The notes under the pieces: model-generated
What the model saw: the letters and a program-made list of their open reading frames with translations, nothing else
Databases searched by the model: none
What the model was told of the DNA's origin: nothing
Shown: positions 1 through 12,400 of the stretch, piece after piece
Position numbering within the stretch: the first letter of the stretch is position 1
How the letters are laid out: every line of letters starts with the position of its first letter
Source: Caecitellus pseudoparvulus
Lineage: Eukaryota; Protista; Bigyra: Bicosoecida
Direction of reading: 5' to 3'
Assembly (NCBI GenBank): GCA_965644315.1
Contig: CBFFRQ010000062.1
Span: 310,001 to 374,000 of the forward strand
DNA length: 64,000 bases
Made by a program: the position numbers and the translations under genes

Positions 1-1205
1 CGACTGGGGGGGCTTGCAGCTGCGAACGAGTGGACGCCGCCTTGGAGAGGGAAACACTCACAAGCGCAAGCTCTCTGTGGGATCCGCCAACGACAGCCAA
101 GCCATCGGCGGCTCCGGCATCACAAGTGGCTGTGCCGGCAACGCACATGCCACCGCCAGCCAAGGCAAGCACGCTGGCTGGCGGGGTGGCGGCAAGGTCT
201 GCAAGCCTTGGTGCTGGGAGTCTTGAGTACTCTGTCACCCCTGTCGCTGATGCCAACGCTCGGGACAGGGAGCTGGCCTTCAGCTCTCTAGTTGCAGGCA
301 CGGCCTGCTTTGAGAAATCCAGCCCACCTGCAGCATGTCCGATGGGGGATGCTTGTGGAGCGTCAAACTGAGCCAGGAACGCTGCTTGCGAAATGGGCTC
401 GCCCCACGCTGCAGCAGCCCCTAACAATGCGCCGCTTGGCAACAACTGGTGTGCATGCGCAGACTTGTTGGTTGGCTGGCCGACATTGGGGCCAGCCTGC
501 ACCCAGTGTGCGGCCAGCAGCCCGGACTCATGCACAGATAAAATCACCGCCCCAGAACTGTCGAACTGCACCACATCCATGCCCATAGTCAAGCCAGCTG
601 GCAGAGCTTCCACGGCAGGCGGAGAAGCAGCACTCTGTGAGCGGAGCATGGCTGGCCCAGCGGGCTCCTGCAGCTGTAGCGGCTCCGATGCAGGCAGAGC
701 TAGGTCCCAAACTGCACAGACATCTGGCGATGTACTGTGTGGGGCAGCAACTAGCGTCTGCTGAAGCAGTGAGAATGCGCAAGCTCCGGCGAAGACAGAG
801 GCGAGCGGTGAGCCGATTGGAGTGCCTTGCCCGAGGGGTTTGAAGCCTTCGTCAACCTGCCACAGAGTAATCTCCCCCTCCCGCCCATGTGTCCATACGA
901 AGAGGGGGTCGGGTTTGGTCCCAGTGCCGGGGACTTGGCCAACCCCAAGCACGGCCTGCGAGTGGGCTTGCCATGAAGCCAGTCGGAGCATGGTCAAGCC
1001 ATCCCACACCTCTAGGCTTCCACTTTGCAGCCTGCAAGCCAAGGAAGGGAAGGTGGCGCACAGCATGATGAGCAACACAACTGGACCAAGGAACTACGCA
1101 CCCGATGAGGAGTGTTGGGCTCTCCCTCCGCTGCAGCACGCAGCAAGCTGTGGCCTGCTGTGCGCAGGTCAAGGAAGCAGCCACCCTGAACTCGCCGAGC
1201 GCCAT
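1..1205 (-). CDS. GNB1L: GNB1L/Asa1-like WD40 protein, 3' end truncated by window edge; model join(1205..1102,1031..<1)
   Basis: Manually translated; the frame is open from 1031 to base 1. A 70-nt GTGCGT...TTGCAG intron (1101-1032) joins MALGEFRV...PTLLIG to LQSGSLEVWDGLTMLRLASWQAHSQAVLGV...WTHGREGEITLW...TMGMDVV...ILSVHESGLL. This follows the GNB1L/Asa1 pattern (SGxxxGxVxxW, GH, SQGRD, GMxM...AGYEDG). Confidence 0.7.
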
Positions 1206-1423
1206 GTGCACACTTTGCCATCTAACAAAATGTCCACAACAACGAAGACATTGGACCAGGCTGGATCCACGGCTACCTTGCCGCCGTGCTGTTTTGAGCG
1301 CCCTGAGTGCAAAGTGCCAGGGCAGGGCAAGTGCCCAATTTCCGCAGCTGCATGGTTGACTTCCTCCTGGCGTCCTGAGTCAGCATGGCAGGGTTGCGAT
1401 GCAGGTGCCGCTTCGCATCTCGT

Positions 1424-3568
1424 ATGACACCGCTCCAGCGTTACTCCCTGAGTCCATATGCCAAGTGGAAGCACTTCGGCCAGTGGCCGTGGCAACTCAC
1501 CTGGCACCTGTTGCTCATCGCGCTGAGTACCTACCAAGTGGTGGTGTTCAACGCTGTCCAAGGAGTGTCTCGTCGCGCAGTGGGCATCCACTTTGCCAAG
1601 GCATTCTTTCCTGATGACTATGCTCAGTTCAACGGGGACGACGCGGTGCATCCGTGGAAGCACTACTTCATCTTCACATGGGAGGATCTTGTCGGAGACA
1701 TGTCTCTCGCTCTGCACCGGTACTACGCCATGCCTTCAGTCGGCCTGACGCCCATGACAACAACAGCTGCAACTGAAACCAACACGTCTTTGACTCGCTT
1801 GCCGCCAGGCCTGCTGCGCGGGTGGGCTGTGGGCAGGTATGGGCTGGCAGCACCGAAGCTCACCTTGACGCTGTTCAAGCAGAGCCCCTCGGAGCTGCAC
1901 GACAGGAGGAGGATATTCAAGCCGAGTGATACTCAGGAGCATGTTTTCAGTGCAGTCCATCCCGCTGCAGATTTGCAGGGCCTGCTCACGTCTCCTGAGC
2001 TGCTTGGCCATGCTTCACCTTCGCCGAACGCTTTCATGACGCGGCTGCGCACCATGACGCTATCGTTTTCCATGGACGTTCAGAGCACGCAGGATGCCTA
2101 TGTTGCGTGGACCTTCCCAGGTTGTGTGCGATGGAGCGTGGACATTGATTACCACTTCGACGCCAAGGGGCAGGTGGAGGTGCTGCCGGGGTACCAGATG
2201 CTGGGCACGTGTGACGCGTCGCACCTGAACGGGACGGCCCCTTTGCCAGCCACCTACGGCTCCAAGGCGCAACCAGTGTCTTCAGACATCCCTGCGGGGC
2301 TTCAGGCGGTTGCTGGGCGGCAGTCCCGCTCCCGGCTACGTGCTGGTGGGAGGAGAGCGGCACCTCGCTCAAGGGAGGCGCGCAGCTTTCTGAGGGAAGC
2401 GAGCTCTGGAACACCACTTCCAGTCCGGCAAGGCGTGCGGCAGCCTGAAGTCCAACGCACGCCAGAGCCTGAACCTGTCCCGCAGTCTTCCAACAGTCGG
2501 CCGATTCTGCGCCTTGTCTTGGCGCTCACTGTGCTGGTAGGCTTGGCACACGAGGTCGTGGTCGTGTCCGAGTTTTGTTCCGCTGTGACCCTTCTTTCAG
2601 GATTGCGCCGGCGACGTGGGGCCTCCGGCTTGGCAAAGGCACACCTGCGAGGGTCGGCAGGGGGCGCTGCAGGCCATCCAGCTGCAGGGCAGCCCCAGCA
2701 AGCAGCACCCACCTCCACCGTGGCTCCCATGCAGGAGCAACTGCCAGAAGCTCGCCACGAGTCGGTCTTGGCAGCCCTGCAAAGTATTCGGAGCAGTGAA
2801 GCTCGCTCTTGGTGGCAGCTTTCCTGCCAGCAGCAGTGCTTGCTTGTGCGAGGCTGGATGCTGGTTGCATCAGTGGGCAACTTGCTCAGCCTTGCGTACA
2901 TCTTGATGGCAGCTGTGCAGTTCAAGCACGACGGGGTTCTTCCCAGCTTGGCAGCAGACCGGAACACCGCGTCATCCAGCTCCCCCTTGGACTCGGTGCT
3001 TCCGCGCCTGCTGCTGGGCACTGGCTGTGGCTTGCTCTGGCTGGCGCTGCTGCAGTACCTGGAGTACGTCCCCAAGTTCTACGCTTTCGTCTTGACGCTG
3101 AAGCGCGCAGTGCCGCGCATTCTCCGCTTCCTCGCCTCAGTCTTGCCCCTTTTTGTTGCGTACATGGCTTTCGGGTTGGTCATGTTTGGGTCGTATGCTG
3201 AACGCTGGGCCAGTGGCACCATGACCCTCATCACCCTCTTCGCATTCGTGAACGGCGATGCCATGCAGGAGACTTTCAGCCACACTCGTATTCTAGGCGA
3301 TAGTTTCATGACCGCGGTCAGCCAGCTGTACCTCTACACCTTCTTTGGCCTGTTCAACTTCGTCGTTCTCATGGTGCTCATTGCCATCAACGAAGAGGCC
3401 TTCTTCGCCAGTCGCCCCAACGCCGTCATCGACGTCTTTGACGGGCGGCAGCTGCCCATCATGCTGCGCAGCATTCTTGAACGCCTGCCAGATGACGCAG
3501 CAGGCAACACAGCGGGGGGCACGCAGACACCTGCCAGTGCTAGAGCCGACCGCCAGAAGACGGACTGA
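1424..3568 (+). CDS. MCOLN: Mucolipin (TRPML) family cation channel, ~714 aa; start uncertain (1385 or 1424)
   Basis: N-terminal LSPYAKWKHFGQWPWQL resembles the mucolipin pre-S1 motif. There is a large luminal loop after TM1. Pore helix/filter LITLFAFVNGDAMQETF and S6 SQLYLYTFFGLFNFVVLMVLIAI match TRPML. Confidence 0.88.
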   Translation: MTPLQRYSLSPYAKWKHFGQWPWQLTWHLLLIALSTYQVVVFNAVQGVSRRAVGIHFAKAFFPDDYAQFNGDDAVHPWKHYFIFTWEDLVGDMSLALHRYYAMPSVGLTPMTTTAATETNTSLTRLPPGLLRGWAVGRYGLAAPKLTLTLFKQSPSELHDRRRIFKPSDTQEHVFSAVHPAADLQGLLTSPELLGHASPSPNAFMTRLRTMTLSFSMDVQSTQDAYVAWTFPGCVRWSVDIDYHFDAKGQVEVLPGYQMLGTCDASHLNGTAPLPATYGSKAQPVSSDIPAGLQAVAGRQSRSRLRAGGRRAAPRSREARSFLREASSGTPLPVRQGVRQPEVQRTPEPEPVPQSSNSRPILRLVLALTVLVGLAHEVVVVSEFCSAVTLLSGLRRRRGASGLAKAHLRGSAGGAAGHPAAGQPQQAAPTSTVAPMQEQLPEARHESVLAALQSIRSSEARSWWQLSCQQQCLLVRGWMLVASVGNLLSLAYILMAAVQFKHDGVLPSLAADRNTASSSSPLDSVLPRLLLGTGCGLLWLALLQYLEYVPKFYAFVLTLKRAVPRILRFLASVLPLFVAYMAFGLVMFGSYAERWASGTMTLITLFAFVNGDAMQETFSHTRILGDSFMTAVSQLYLYTFFGLFNFVVLMVLIAINEEAFFASRPNAVIDVFDGRQLPIMLRSILERLPDDAAGNTAGGTQTPASARADRQKTD

Positions 3569-3787
3569 GGCGCCGCGCTTCCACGCAAGAGCCGACCATC
3601 CCACAGTGTCCGCACAAAATGCATCCGGATCGCACAAAGGTAGGTCGGCATCGGTGCTGCCCCTGCGCAGATTTCGTCAGTTGGCCCCTGAGTCGGCCTG
3701 GGTGTCACCTGGCGTGCCACTTGCCGTGCCGTTCAAACACCACACGCGCTCTCTGACACACCAGTGACACTCGTGCCGGCGCCAGCG

Positions 3788-6700
3788 ATGGATGCCTGGG
3801 GCCGCTTCATCAGGGAGTTCACAGGGAGCAAGGATAAGCTCCTGGTATTCCCAGTGTCTGTAGATGTCCAGTCTTTCAAGCACCATGCCGAAGAAGCAGC
3901 CCTCGTGCCGCGTGCCAAGCGCTGCCATGCAGCCGTGGCACAGCATACGCTCTCCGCTGCCAAAGGGAGCAAGGTGCGCACACTCGCCCCATCGACTAGC
4001 GGGTTTGTAGAGATTAGTAAACGGAAGGCACTCGTACGTCTCGGGAAGCGCTGTGTACACCCAGATTGGCGGTGCATGCTGGCTTGGTTCAAACTCCGCA
4101 CATGCCTCACACGCCCCGCGCGCGCGATGCCACAGAAGGAGACTTGGGAGTGCTCTGCGCCACGTCAGAACTGCCTGCTCATCCTACCCACCGATGAACT
4201 AAAGTGCGCCTTGCCATAGGGGCTGTGAGCGTGCTCCCCACGCCAGCACTTCTTGCAACCCTCTCCTCTGTGCAGAAGGCTGCGGGCGCTGGTGCAAAGC
4301 AAAGTTGGCCCGGCCCTGGTGCAGGCCTTGTCTCAAGGCACACGGACGCCTGGACATCAGGCGCGCGAGGGCAGTGTCACAGGCCGCTCAACATCGTCTG
4401 TGGGAGGGAGAACAGCAGGCAGCACTCGAAGCTCAGGCAGTGGTGAGGTGCCTCACCGCCCCAGCTCCACCAGCGGCCCCCGCTTGCTGGCTAGCATCAC
4501 GTCAGTGGTGGCAGGCAGCACGGCCCACCGGCAACGCATGGCAAGTGCTTCTCGAAGCAAACGAGCTGCTGCGCTGCTCGTCTCCTCTGTTGCCGCAGAG
4601 GGGGCTGGCGCTGGCTCGCGAGCCCCGCAGCGGGCTGCGCCGGCGCACCACCACAGGGCCCTACAGATCCAGCCAGTCCCGACGACCACACGCCGAGGTG
4701 GAGCTCGGTCCCGCAGTGCCCGTGCTCAACTCATGGCGTCGCAAGTAGCTGCCAGTCAGGGAGCGTCGGTGCTGACCATGCCTTCGGGGCGGCTCTCCAG
4801 CTCGAACTCTCAAACGCAAGGAAGGCACAGCGCTGTGTCCACAACTGCTGCCTGGCCTGTGTTCAAGCGCATGCTGCACTCTCACTCGGAAGAACTCGGT
4901 AATGACGCCTTTCTGGCTGCTGTGTGCAAGCAAGTGCACGTGTGCTCGTGGGAAACCTACTTTGCGTGGTTGAAGTGGCGCAGTGCAGAGGCAGGCCTGC
5001 GCCACCTAGTGTCTAGCGGGCTCTCAGCCCCTCAGTGGCAGCCCACGGGCTTGGAAGAGCAACCTGTTATGACCCAGGTGGACCTGGTGCATGGAGTGCG
5101 CAGTGCACCCCTCATCGAGTTGGCAGGGCGCACGCACGTGCGGGGGGAGGCGGGCGCAGCGCGGCCTGTCTGGGCCGTGCATTGCATGGCGCCGCACATC
5201 AGCGCCACCAACGACCATGAGTACAAGCGAGCCTTGCAGAGCTTCATGCTGGCACCCAGCACACCTGAAAGCCTCACCTCGCTGGACCTCAGCAGTGACA
5301 TGAACTGCGGCCACAGTGGCCATCCTGAGCTGGTCCAGCGCATTTTGAGCACCCACAAGAAAACATTGAGCCAAGGGGGCCATGCCCGAGGCCGTTACCG
5401 CTATGCAAACGTCCCTTGTGGGCTACCAGCTCTGAAGCAGGAGTGTCTGGGCCAGCGGTGGCGTGAGGGGGTGCGTGAGGGTCTGCAGCAAGACGCTGCA
5501 GACACTGCCGGTGGCGTGAGCGCGTCATGCCAGGGACAGCTCAATCGAGAGACGAGACGATCAGACGAAGACGCTGTTGTCAGTGAAAAACCGGCCACAA
5601 GCCACGGGGGCGAAGCAGACGCCGCAGCTCAAGGACGAACCACTGCGGTTGATGGTCTCCGCGAAACGAAGCTGGACACGGCGGCTCTAGCAGCAACGGC
5701 TGCTCCAGCATCGACGCATGATACACGCATGACACGCCAAGGCCTAACAACGGCAGCAACGAGCGCCGCTGGTGCTAAGCCGCTGACGCCCGCCTCTGGA
5801 GCTGCTGCCCAAGCTCTCCCATCGGCGAACCAGGCGATCCCCGTTGCTGACACCAAAGCAGCAAAGCGGAAGAAGCCCCCGCGCTCAACGAAGTACTGCG
5901 AGTTGTGCCGGGTGGAGTACGAAGTCGTTGGGGGTGACCGAGGTGAGCACTTTCGCACGCCCGCCCACCAAGCGCGCTTACGCGGCATGGGTCTGTCCCG
6001 AGTGCAAGTCGGGCAAGTGGCGCACCTAACCAGTTTAGCTGCTACATCATGGTGTGAGCCCGATGTGTGGATCGATAATGCCCCTGGCACGGCTGCCGTG
6101 TACACTGCAGTGCGGTGGGCATTAGGCAAGGCGTCTAGCGGCTGCGCGAAGGCCTTGGCGGGTCTCGTGCAGCGCGCAGGGCTTCCGCGCGCAACAGCAG
6201 AGGCAGTGCTGACAGGCAGCAGTGAAGGAGAGTTCCCTCAGCCCCGGGATGAGTCTGTTCAGCGCGTGTGCATGACTGTGCAGCGCTGGATGGTGTGGGC
6301 GCGAAAGGTTCTGCTGCGGGAAGGGCCGGCACCTGTGCCACCGTTCCCCGCCGCAGGGCTTGCTGCATCGCTGCCGACCTACGTTGCACTCTTAGCATTA
6401 CATGCAACTGGATCGGGTCCCCACCCCGCTTCGCTACTGCAGGCCCTTGGGTGCACGCCTTCCGAGCCGGGGCCTGTGCTGAGTGAAGGCCTGAACGCAG
6501 TCCTGGCAGAACACGCTGCCTCACGCGCGAGTGACAAGCTCTCATCCCCCCCACGCTGCGCGAAGGTGTCATCCCCTGTAGTCTTGCGCCTCCCACCGCT
6601 GCCAGCATCGCAGGGAGATGACGGCAAGAAGGCCGGGCAGGTGCAGAGCACGCCGTCACCACTCGGCCCCCCTGCTGCGGTCGAGCCACCCAGCACAACC

Positions 6701-7960
6701 TCCCCAGGCCAAACCACTGAAGAGCATCCCAGCACGCAGTGCCGAGACAAGGAGGAGCCCAAGGTCACCCCGGCGCGCGAACGAGGCACCAAGCGTCGCC
6801 GAGCGCCCGAAGTCTCCCCAGCTGTCCTGTCCACCTCCACTGAGGGTCCTGTCACACGCAGCAGTGCGAAGCGCATGGCTGTGCAAGTTGATTCGACGAA
6901 GCATTCGGGTGTGTCCAGTAGCATGCATACATCTCCTCCAGTTGCTAGTGCTGGGAGGGCAAGGGTATCGCCAGGCGGCGGTCCACAGCCTGGCACCGAG
7001 CCGACCTCGCGCGCCACGAAGGGTCCACGTACCGCACCTGACGCGGCACTGCCTGAACAGCCCGCATCTCCTGCGCGCACCACGTACAATGCTGCCACCA
7101 GCAGGACCAACAGGCGCACGAGACGTTTCGGGAGCAATTTGAAGTCGCAGCATAGCCCAACAACTGCCGTGCAGCGTGCAGGGGGCGTTGCCCCCGCCCG
7201 CTCGAACACCACCCCTGCGGCCTCTGTCGACACGACTCCATCTGTCACACGAACCACTGGTGGGAGTGCAGCCCTGAGGCTGGCACCCACCAAACCAGTC
7301 GGAGGGATATCGGCGGTCCGGGTTGTGGGGGGGCGCAAGCGGCCCCGAAGCAGTGCCACACGCACGACGGCCCGTCGACGCAGCGTCAAGGAAGCTAACA
7401 CAGGCGATGCGTTTGCTTTTCATAGTCCAGGATCCGAAAATGCTAAGGGTGGGCGCGGTAGGGTCGGTGCTCGTGCGGGGACCGCCACACGGCGCATGCG
7501 CGCTGGCCAGCTGTCCAGCCGAACGCGGGTGGCATCTGCCACAGCCACCCGCTCCCAAACCCAGGGACCGGCTGCGAAGCGGACAAAACAGCAGCAGACA
7601 GAAGTAGATTCGCCTGTTGTACACGATGAGTTTGAAGCTGTTTTTGAGCCGGAACAGCGCCGAGCCGCACCTCGAGCAGGCAAGGCGCCAGGAGACCTGG
7701 ACACTCCACCCCCTGGCACCGCGGTTGGCAAGCGGTCAATCCTGACGAGCCACCCTCGCACAACCAGTGTCTCCACTGACCGCGACCTGCCATCACCGCC
7801 CCCTCCAAGCTACCTGCTGCACGGCACGCCTACGAGCAAAGGTGGCCGGGGCAGCTCGCTGCCTCGGCGGAGCCCCAGGCGGCACAGAGCCAGCAGCGCA
7901 GAGAGCGCCCGTGCTTCCAGCCTGCACGTTGCTGCTGTTCAGAGCGCCCGCAAGCGGTGA
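3788..7960 (+). CDS. Dbf4/ASK-like protein with DBF4-type C2H2 zinc finger; model join(3788..4203,4276..7960), further 5' introns possible
   Basis: A 72-nt GTGCGC...GTGCAG intron (4204-4275) links the two ORFs in phase 2. Zinc finger KYCELCRVEYE...HFRTPAH at ~5891-5970. BRCT-end-like motifs (LGKRCVHPDW; VCKQVHVCSWETYFAWL) and a motif-M-like segment (SAPLIEL...ARPVW). Long basic, disordered C-terminus. Confidence 0.6.
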
Positions 7961-8009
7961 TATCGCGGCACTGCATTGTCCAAGGCGCTGGCTCGACGGG
8001 GCGCCCGTG

Positions 8010-9080
8010 TCACTGGCGAGCCCTCTTGCTGCGCCGGTTGTGCTTGCGCCACAGGGTGGTCAGGAGCGCAACAAAATTGGCGCAGGCCAGGATGACGAAG
8101 CACAGCGCCAAGCTGACTGCCTGCACTTCCTCCCTGTACTCGTACCACGGTTGGGACAGGTTCAATTCAGTTTGCGCGACGGCCAAGAGCAGGTACCCCA
8201 TGTACAGCTGGGCAATGTACGTGCCCACCAGCAGCACAACAAGGACCCAAAAGCCTGTCTGGGCTTCACGTAAGCCCTCAGAATGGGACGGGTCGATGCG
8301 GGAAGTGCGCCCCGTGGACACCAGGGCGTAGTGCCTGGACTGCTGGTACCACGATTGCAGCAGCTGCAAGATGCCCTGCAGCATGAAGTAGTAGGAGAAA
8401 GGGCGCAAGAGGGAGCGGTATGTGGGGGAGTCAGGCCACGTGAGGAGGATGACAGACATGAAGGCTGAAACGTAGTGGTGTACGATCCACCACGTCATGA
8501 TCTTGCTGCCATTCACCTGCAAGATGTTCTCTCGCAGTGCCAGGGACACGTAGTAGTACAGCAGCCACACTTGGCTGACGATGGGCACCCAGTTAGTGTA
8601 CTTAACCCAGGATGTGACTTCCTCGTGGGCCACCAACATGAGTGCCAAGGGGATGATGAGGAACAAGATGTTCGTGCGCCGCTTGAACTTGTCGTACTCC
8701 TCCCGGAGCCGGAGGCGATCGCGCTCCAGGGCCACTTTCACATTCACACGCCCCAGAAACAGCCGCACAAACAAGCTGCCAGTTCGGGGCTCCATGAACC
8801 CCACCTCGTGTAGGTCTGCCTTGAGTCGGGCCAGGCGCTCAGACAGCGCTGCCGTCTCTGCGGCAGAGTCCCCCTTCGCTGCTTTCTTCAGGGCAGCCAC
8901 ACGCTCTCCGAGCTTGCCAGCCTCTTTGCTGTGTGCCTTGGCAGTCTGCAGTGCCCGGGTCTGCAGAGCCTCGGCCTTCAGCAGCAGCCCTTTGTACTCA
9001 TGCAGGGCAGCGAGGTCTTCATCCACGCTGGCCTGCAGCGATTCAAGGTCTTCCTTCAACGTCTGTGTTGTTGTGCTCAT
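8010..9080 (-). CDS. TMEM120: TMEM120/TMPIT family membrane protein, ~356 aa
   Basis: N-terminal coiled coil followed by FVRLFLGRVNV, REEYDKFK, LLYYYVSLALRENILQVNGSKIMTWWIVHHYVS and LLTWP, all diagnostic TMEM120 motifs. Confidence 0.93.
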   Translation of the reverse strand: MSTTTQTLKEDLESLQASVDEDLAALHEYKGLLLKAEALQTRALQTAKAHSKEAGKLGERVAALKKAAKGDSAAETAALSERLARLKADLHEVGFMEPRTGSLFVRLFLGRVNVKVALERDRLRLREEYDKFKRRTNILFLIIPLALMLVAHEEVTSWVKYTNWVPIVSQVWLLYYYVSLALRENILQVNGSKIMTWWIVHHYVSAFMSVILLTWPDSPTYRSLLRPFSYYFMLQGILQLLQSWYQQSRHYALVSTGRTSRIDPSHSEGLREAQTGFWVLVVLLVGTYIAQLYMGYLLLAVAQTELNLSQPWYEYREEVQAVSLALCFVILACANFVALLTTLWRKHNRRSKRARQ

Positions 9081-9482
9081 GGTTGGTGGCTTCCTGCGGG
9101 CCAAAGGGCCGGGGCGAGGAGAACGGGCCGAGTGCGGGGCTGTCGGCGGGGTGCGGAATTTCAAGTGCAGCTTCTGCCCGCTTGAGATAAACACAGCCTG
9201 GAAGGCTCCGGCTCAAATACATGCCCGATCTTCGGATGAATGGAGCAATGTTAACTCTGCCCCGAGTGCTGGTGCCCGTATGAGCGCGCGAGGCCCACAC
9301 ATGCCGCAGCACGAGCACGCACCTTCGAAAGCAACCAAGACCGTCAACGGTGTCCACAAACAAACACAAGAATCCTGGTCCGCACACTTTGCGTCCTAGC
9401 TTGCAGGTATCTTCCAACACCAGAAACTTTGCCAGAGAGGTGTGTAATGCGGGGTTTTGAATTACCCGAGAGAGTGGAGGCC

Positions 9483-12400
9483 TCAGTCTTCCCACGCGTG
9501 GGTATGGTGGTCTTCCGCGAGGTGGCTCGAGTCTGGACGGCCGCCGTGAGCAGCACTGCGCAGAGGTGCTGGTCTCTCTGCCTTATCTTCATCTTCATCG
9601 ACCTTTCCACCTTCGTCGCCGTCCTTTCCCTCTCCAGCGGAACTGGCAGAGACAGTGTCGTCCGTGAGCCCGTCGGGGCCTCTGATGGCGCCAGGCTTTG
9701 CGGATGGAAGTGAGCTGCTTCTTGAGCTCATAGTAGGCTCTCTTTCTGGCGATTCTGCCCCAAGTGCCGACCCTGGCAAGTCTGGGCTCGCCAGTGACAT
9801 TTCAGTGGCGCCTTGACCGGCCGCGCCTCCTCCGTGCCAAGCCTGCATGCCAAACGTGACACTTTCGGCTTCAACGCCAGGCTCGGAAGGTGGCGTGCCG
9901 ATGAAATATGCCCCCTGGCGGCTTGGCGCGACTGCACCCATGCTCTCCTCATCCAAGCTGCTGGAGCTGGCCCGGCGGAGGCTCTGCGTAGCGGCCGCAA
10001 TGGCAGCTTCACCCTCGGCGCTGGCCTCCACCATGCCCAACTTGACATCCTCCTCTTCCTCAGCATCGGAACCAGCGGCATCTGCTGCGTGCATGCGCAC
10101 CCGGCGGCCTTGGTCATGCATGAAGGCACTTCCCTCTCGCCCTGCCAGCTCCAAGCTTGGCTTACCTGGCCCTGACCTGGGGCTGCGGGCCGGGCTGCCA
10201 TACCCCATCATGCTGGAGTTCAGCCCCATGAACAAGTTGCGCACAGATGCAAGCACTCCTCTGGGGCGCTTTTTGTCAGCAGGGCTTCCAAGAGAGTCGG
10301 TACGGTGCAACTTGCCGTCTTGCCCGATGACGACGCCACCCACCCAGGTCACTTTGTGCCATCCAAGTGCTGTGGCCAGCATGAAGTACACTGCGACAGC
10401 CAAAAACACTGTGTTGGATCCGACAATGATGAGAGTCATGACAGTGCGCACCCCAGTGCCTACATCATCTGCCGAGAACAAGTACAGACCGCCGATGAAA
10501 GTGACGAGGGACACGCCGATGCTCATAGCCTCGACGTTGTTGAGCAAGACTCGTGTATATGGCCGTGCTCGCGCATGCAGCACTGCAGCCATGACCAGCA
10601 CCACTTGCGCGACAAGGGTTTGCGTATACACGCCAAACTGCGACATGAAGATGGCCGCAAAGGAAATGCACACCTTGCGCAATGAGACAATGGCCTCCCA
10701 GTAGTACCAGTGTGCCTTGTACCCTGCGTACAAAAAGCCGAACTGTCGGCGAGTAGCCAACTTGGACAGAGACTTGCGGTGCAAGTACAGGGCAGTGAAG
10801 CCGATGGCCGGGATGCCGAGACCGTAAATCAAGAAGCCACACAGCCCGAAGCCGTACTGAAAGGGGGCAGAGCTTTGGGTGTCACACTCAACAGAGAGGT
10901 CTTCAATCATGAACTTGGCCTTGCTGCTGCCCACTTGCGTGCATGTTAGTAGTGCCATGCTCACCCGTGTGAGGGTCACATGTGCCAGGAACAGCAGCAC
11001 CATGACAGAGACGCCAAAGTTCTGGAGGTAATTGCCAGCCCACCACTTGTACTCAGATGCCTTCTTCTTAGTTTCTGGTTTGAGGGGTGTGGGGTTGGCG
11101 CCAGGCTCAAGGGTGGCCGTCACCTCAGGGGCTGGGCTGTCCAGCACCTGGGGCGCTGTGGTGGTGTCCGGCTTCTTGCCGCTCAGCACGCCAGCGCGCT
11201 TGCAAGTACTCACGCTGGCAGCAACCACCAGCCACACCAATCCAAGGAAAGGCACAAGAATGAAAGGAAGTAACAGCGTCACGACGGACCTCGCAAGGTA
11301 CGTGGAGCCGAGGTAGCTGTCCTGCACTTCGTCACGCTCCAGAACACAGTCAGGTGAAATCAAAGAGGAGTCCACCGATGTGGCTGTGTCCATGACTTCG
11401 AAGAACGTGCGTGCGGCATTGGGCCATTGCAGGGAAAAGCTCACAGCAAGGGAGACCTGCGTCAGGTGCGAGATGGTGATCTTGGCCAGCTGCACGTCCA
11501 TGCGCCCAGGGCGACCTTGTGCAGACAGCGTGATAGCGATGACTGCCCCGCACGCGACGAGCAGCACTGCAAAACCTGAGATCAGAACAAAGACGTTCGC
11601 CACCTTAGACCTGCACCGCCCACAAGCCGCCTCCCCTGAACGAGCATAGCCAACTTCGCACCGGTGGCACAGGTTGCCGTCGTAGCCAGCTGCACATCGC
11701 TCCGAGCCACTGGCGCTGCGGAGCTGTGTCACATTTGTGTTAGAATCTGCATCATAGCCTAAGCAAGCACTTGACTCAACACACTCCACGAGCTCAAACT
11801 CTGCTGACCCCGAGCCAAAGCCAGCAGGGAGGAGGAAGTAACCTGCAAGAGGGATGATATCTTCTGCTGACCCGCCTCCGCAATAAGCGCCGGTCGGGCA
11901 GGTCTCACAGCGCCACTCTGCAACAGGCTTGGTGGTGGAGAGGTACTCAAACTCTGCGCACTTCTCTGGCACAGGCTCTGATGTTGAGGAAATGTTGCCC
12001 AGACCCACGGGGTTTTGCCCAAGCACCCGCAGGTACACAGGCGCCTCATCGAAGCCTGTCAGGCCCCGCGAGTACTCTGTGACGACGACAGACGTGGAGT
12101 TGTCCAAAACAGTTGCCGCAGTAGATGCCAACGAAAATCGCATCAGCGTCACGTTGCTGTGGCCGGTCGCAATGGTCTCTACACCTGCGCTGGGCACTTG
12201 TCGAAACAAGTCAGAGAGGCGACGCAGCTCATCCAAGGTCACAGTATCCACTGCACCTTCGACGTACGAGAAGAGCACCAAAAAGGCAGATTCGGGTGTG
12301 GTCGTTGTGTAGTCAACCTCACTTTGCCACTGCAGCACCACAGTGTCGCTGCCCGAAGGGCGGTCGCCAGTCACTGCAGTGGGGGTAGTGGGCACCAGCC

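Noticed and set aside
1230-1423. Upstream mucolipin exon from ATG 1230 via a GC-AG intron
   Set aside because: Needs a non-canonical donor and a weak acceptor, and would leave only 24 bp to the divergent gene's ATG.
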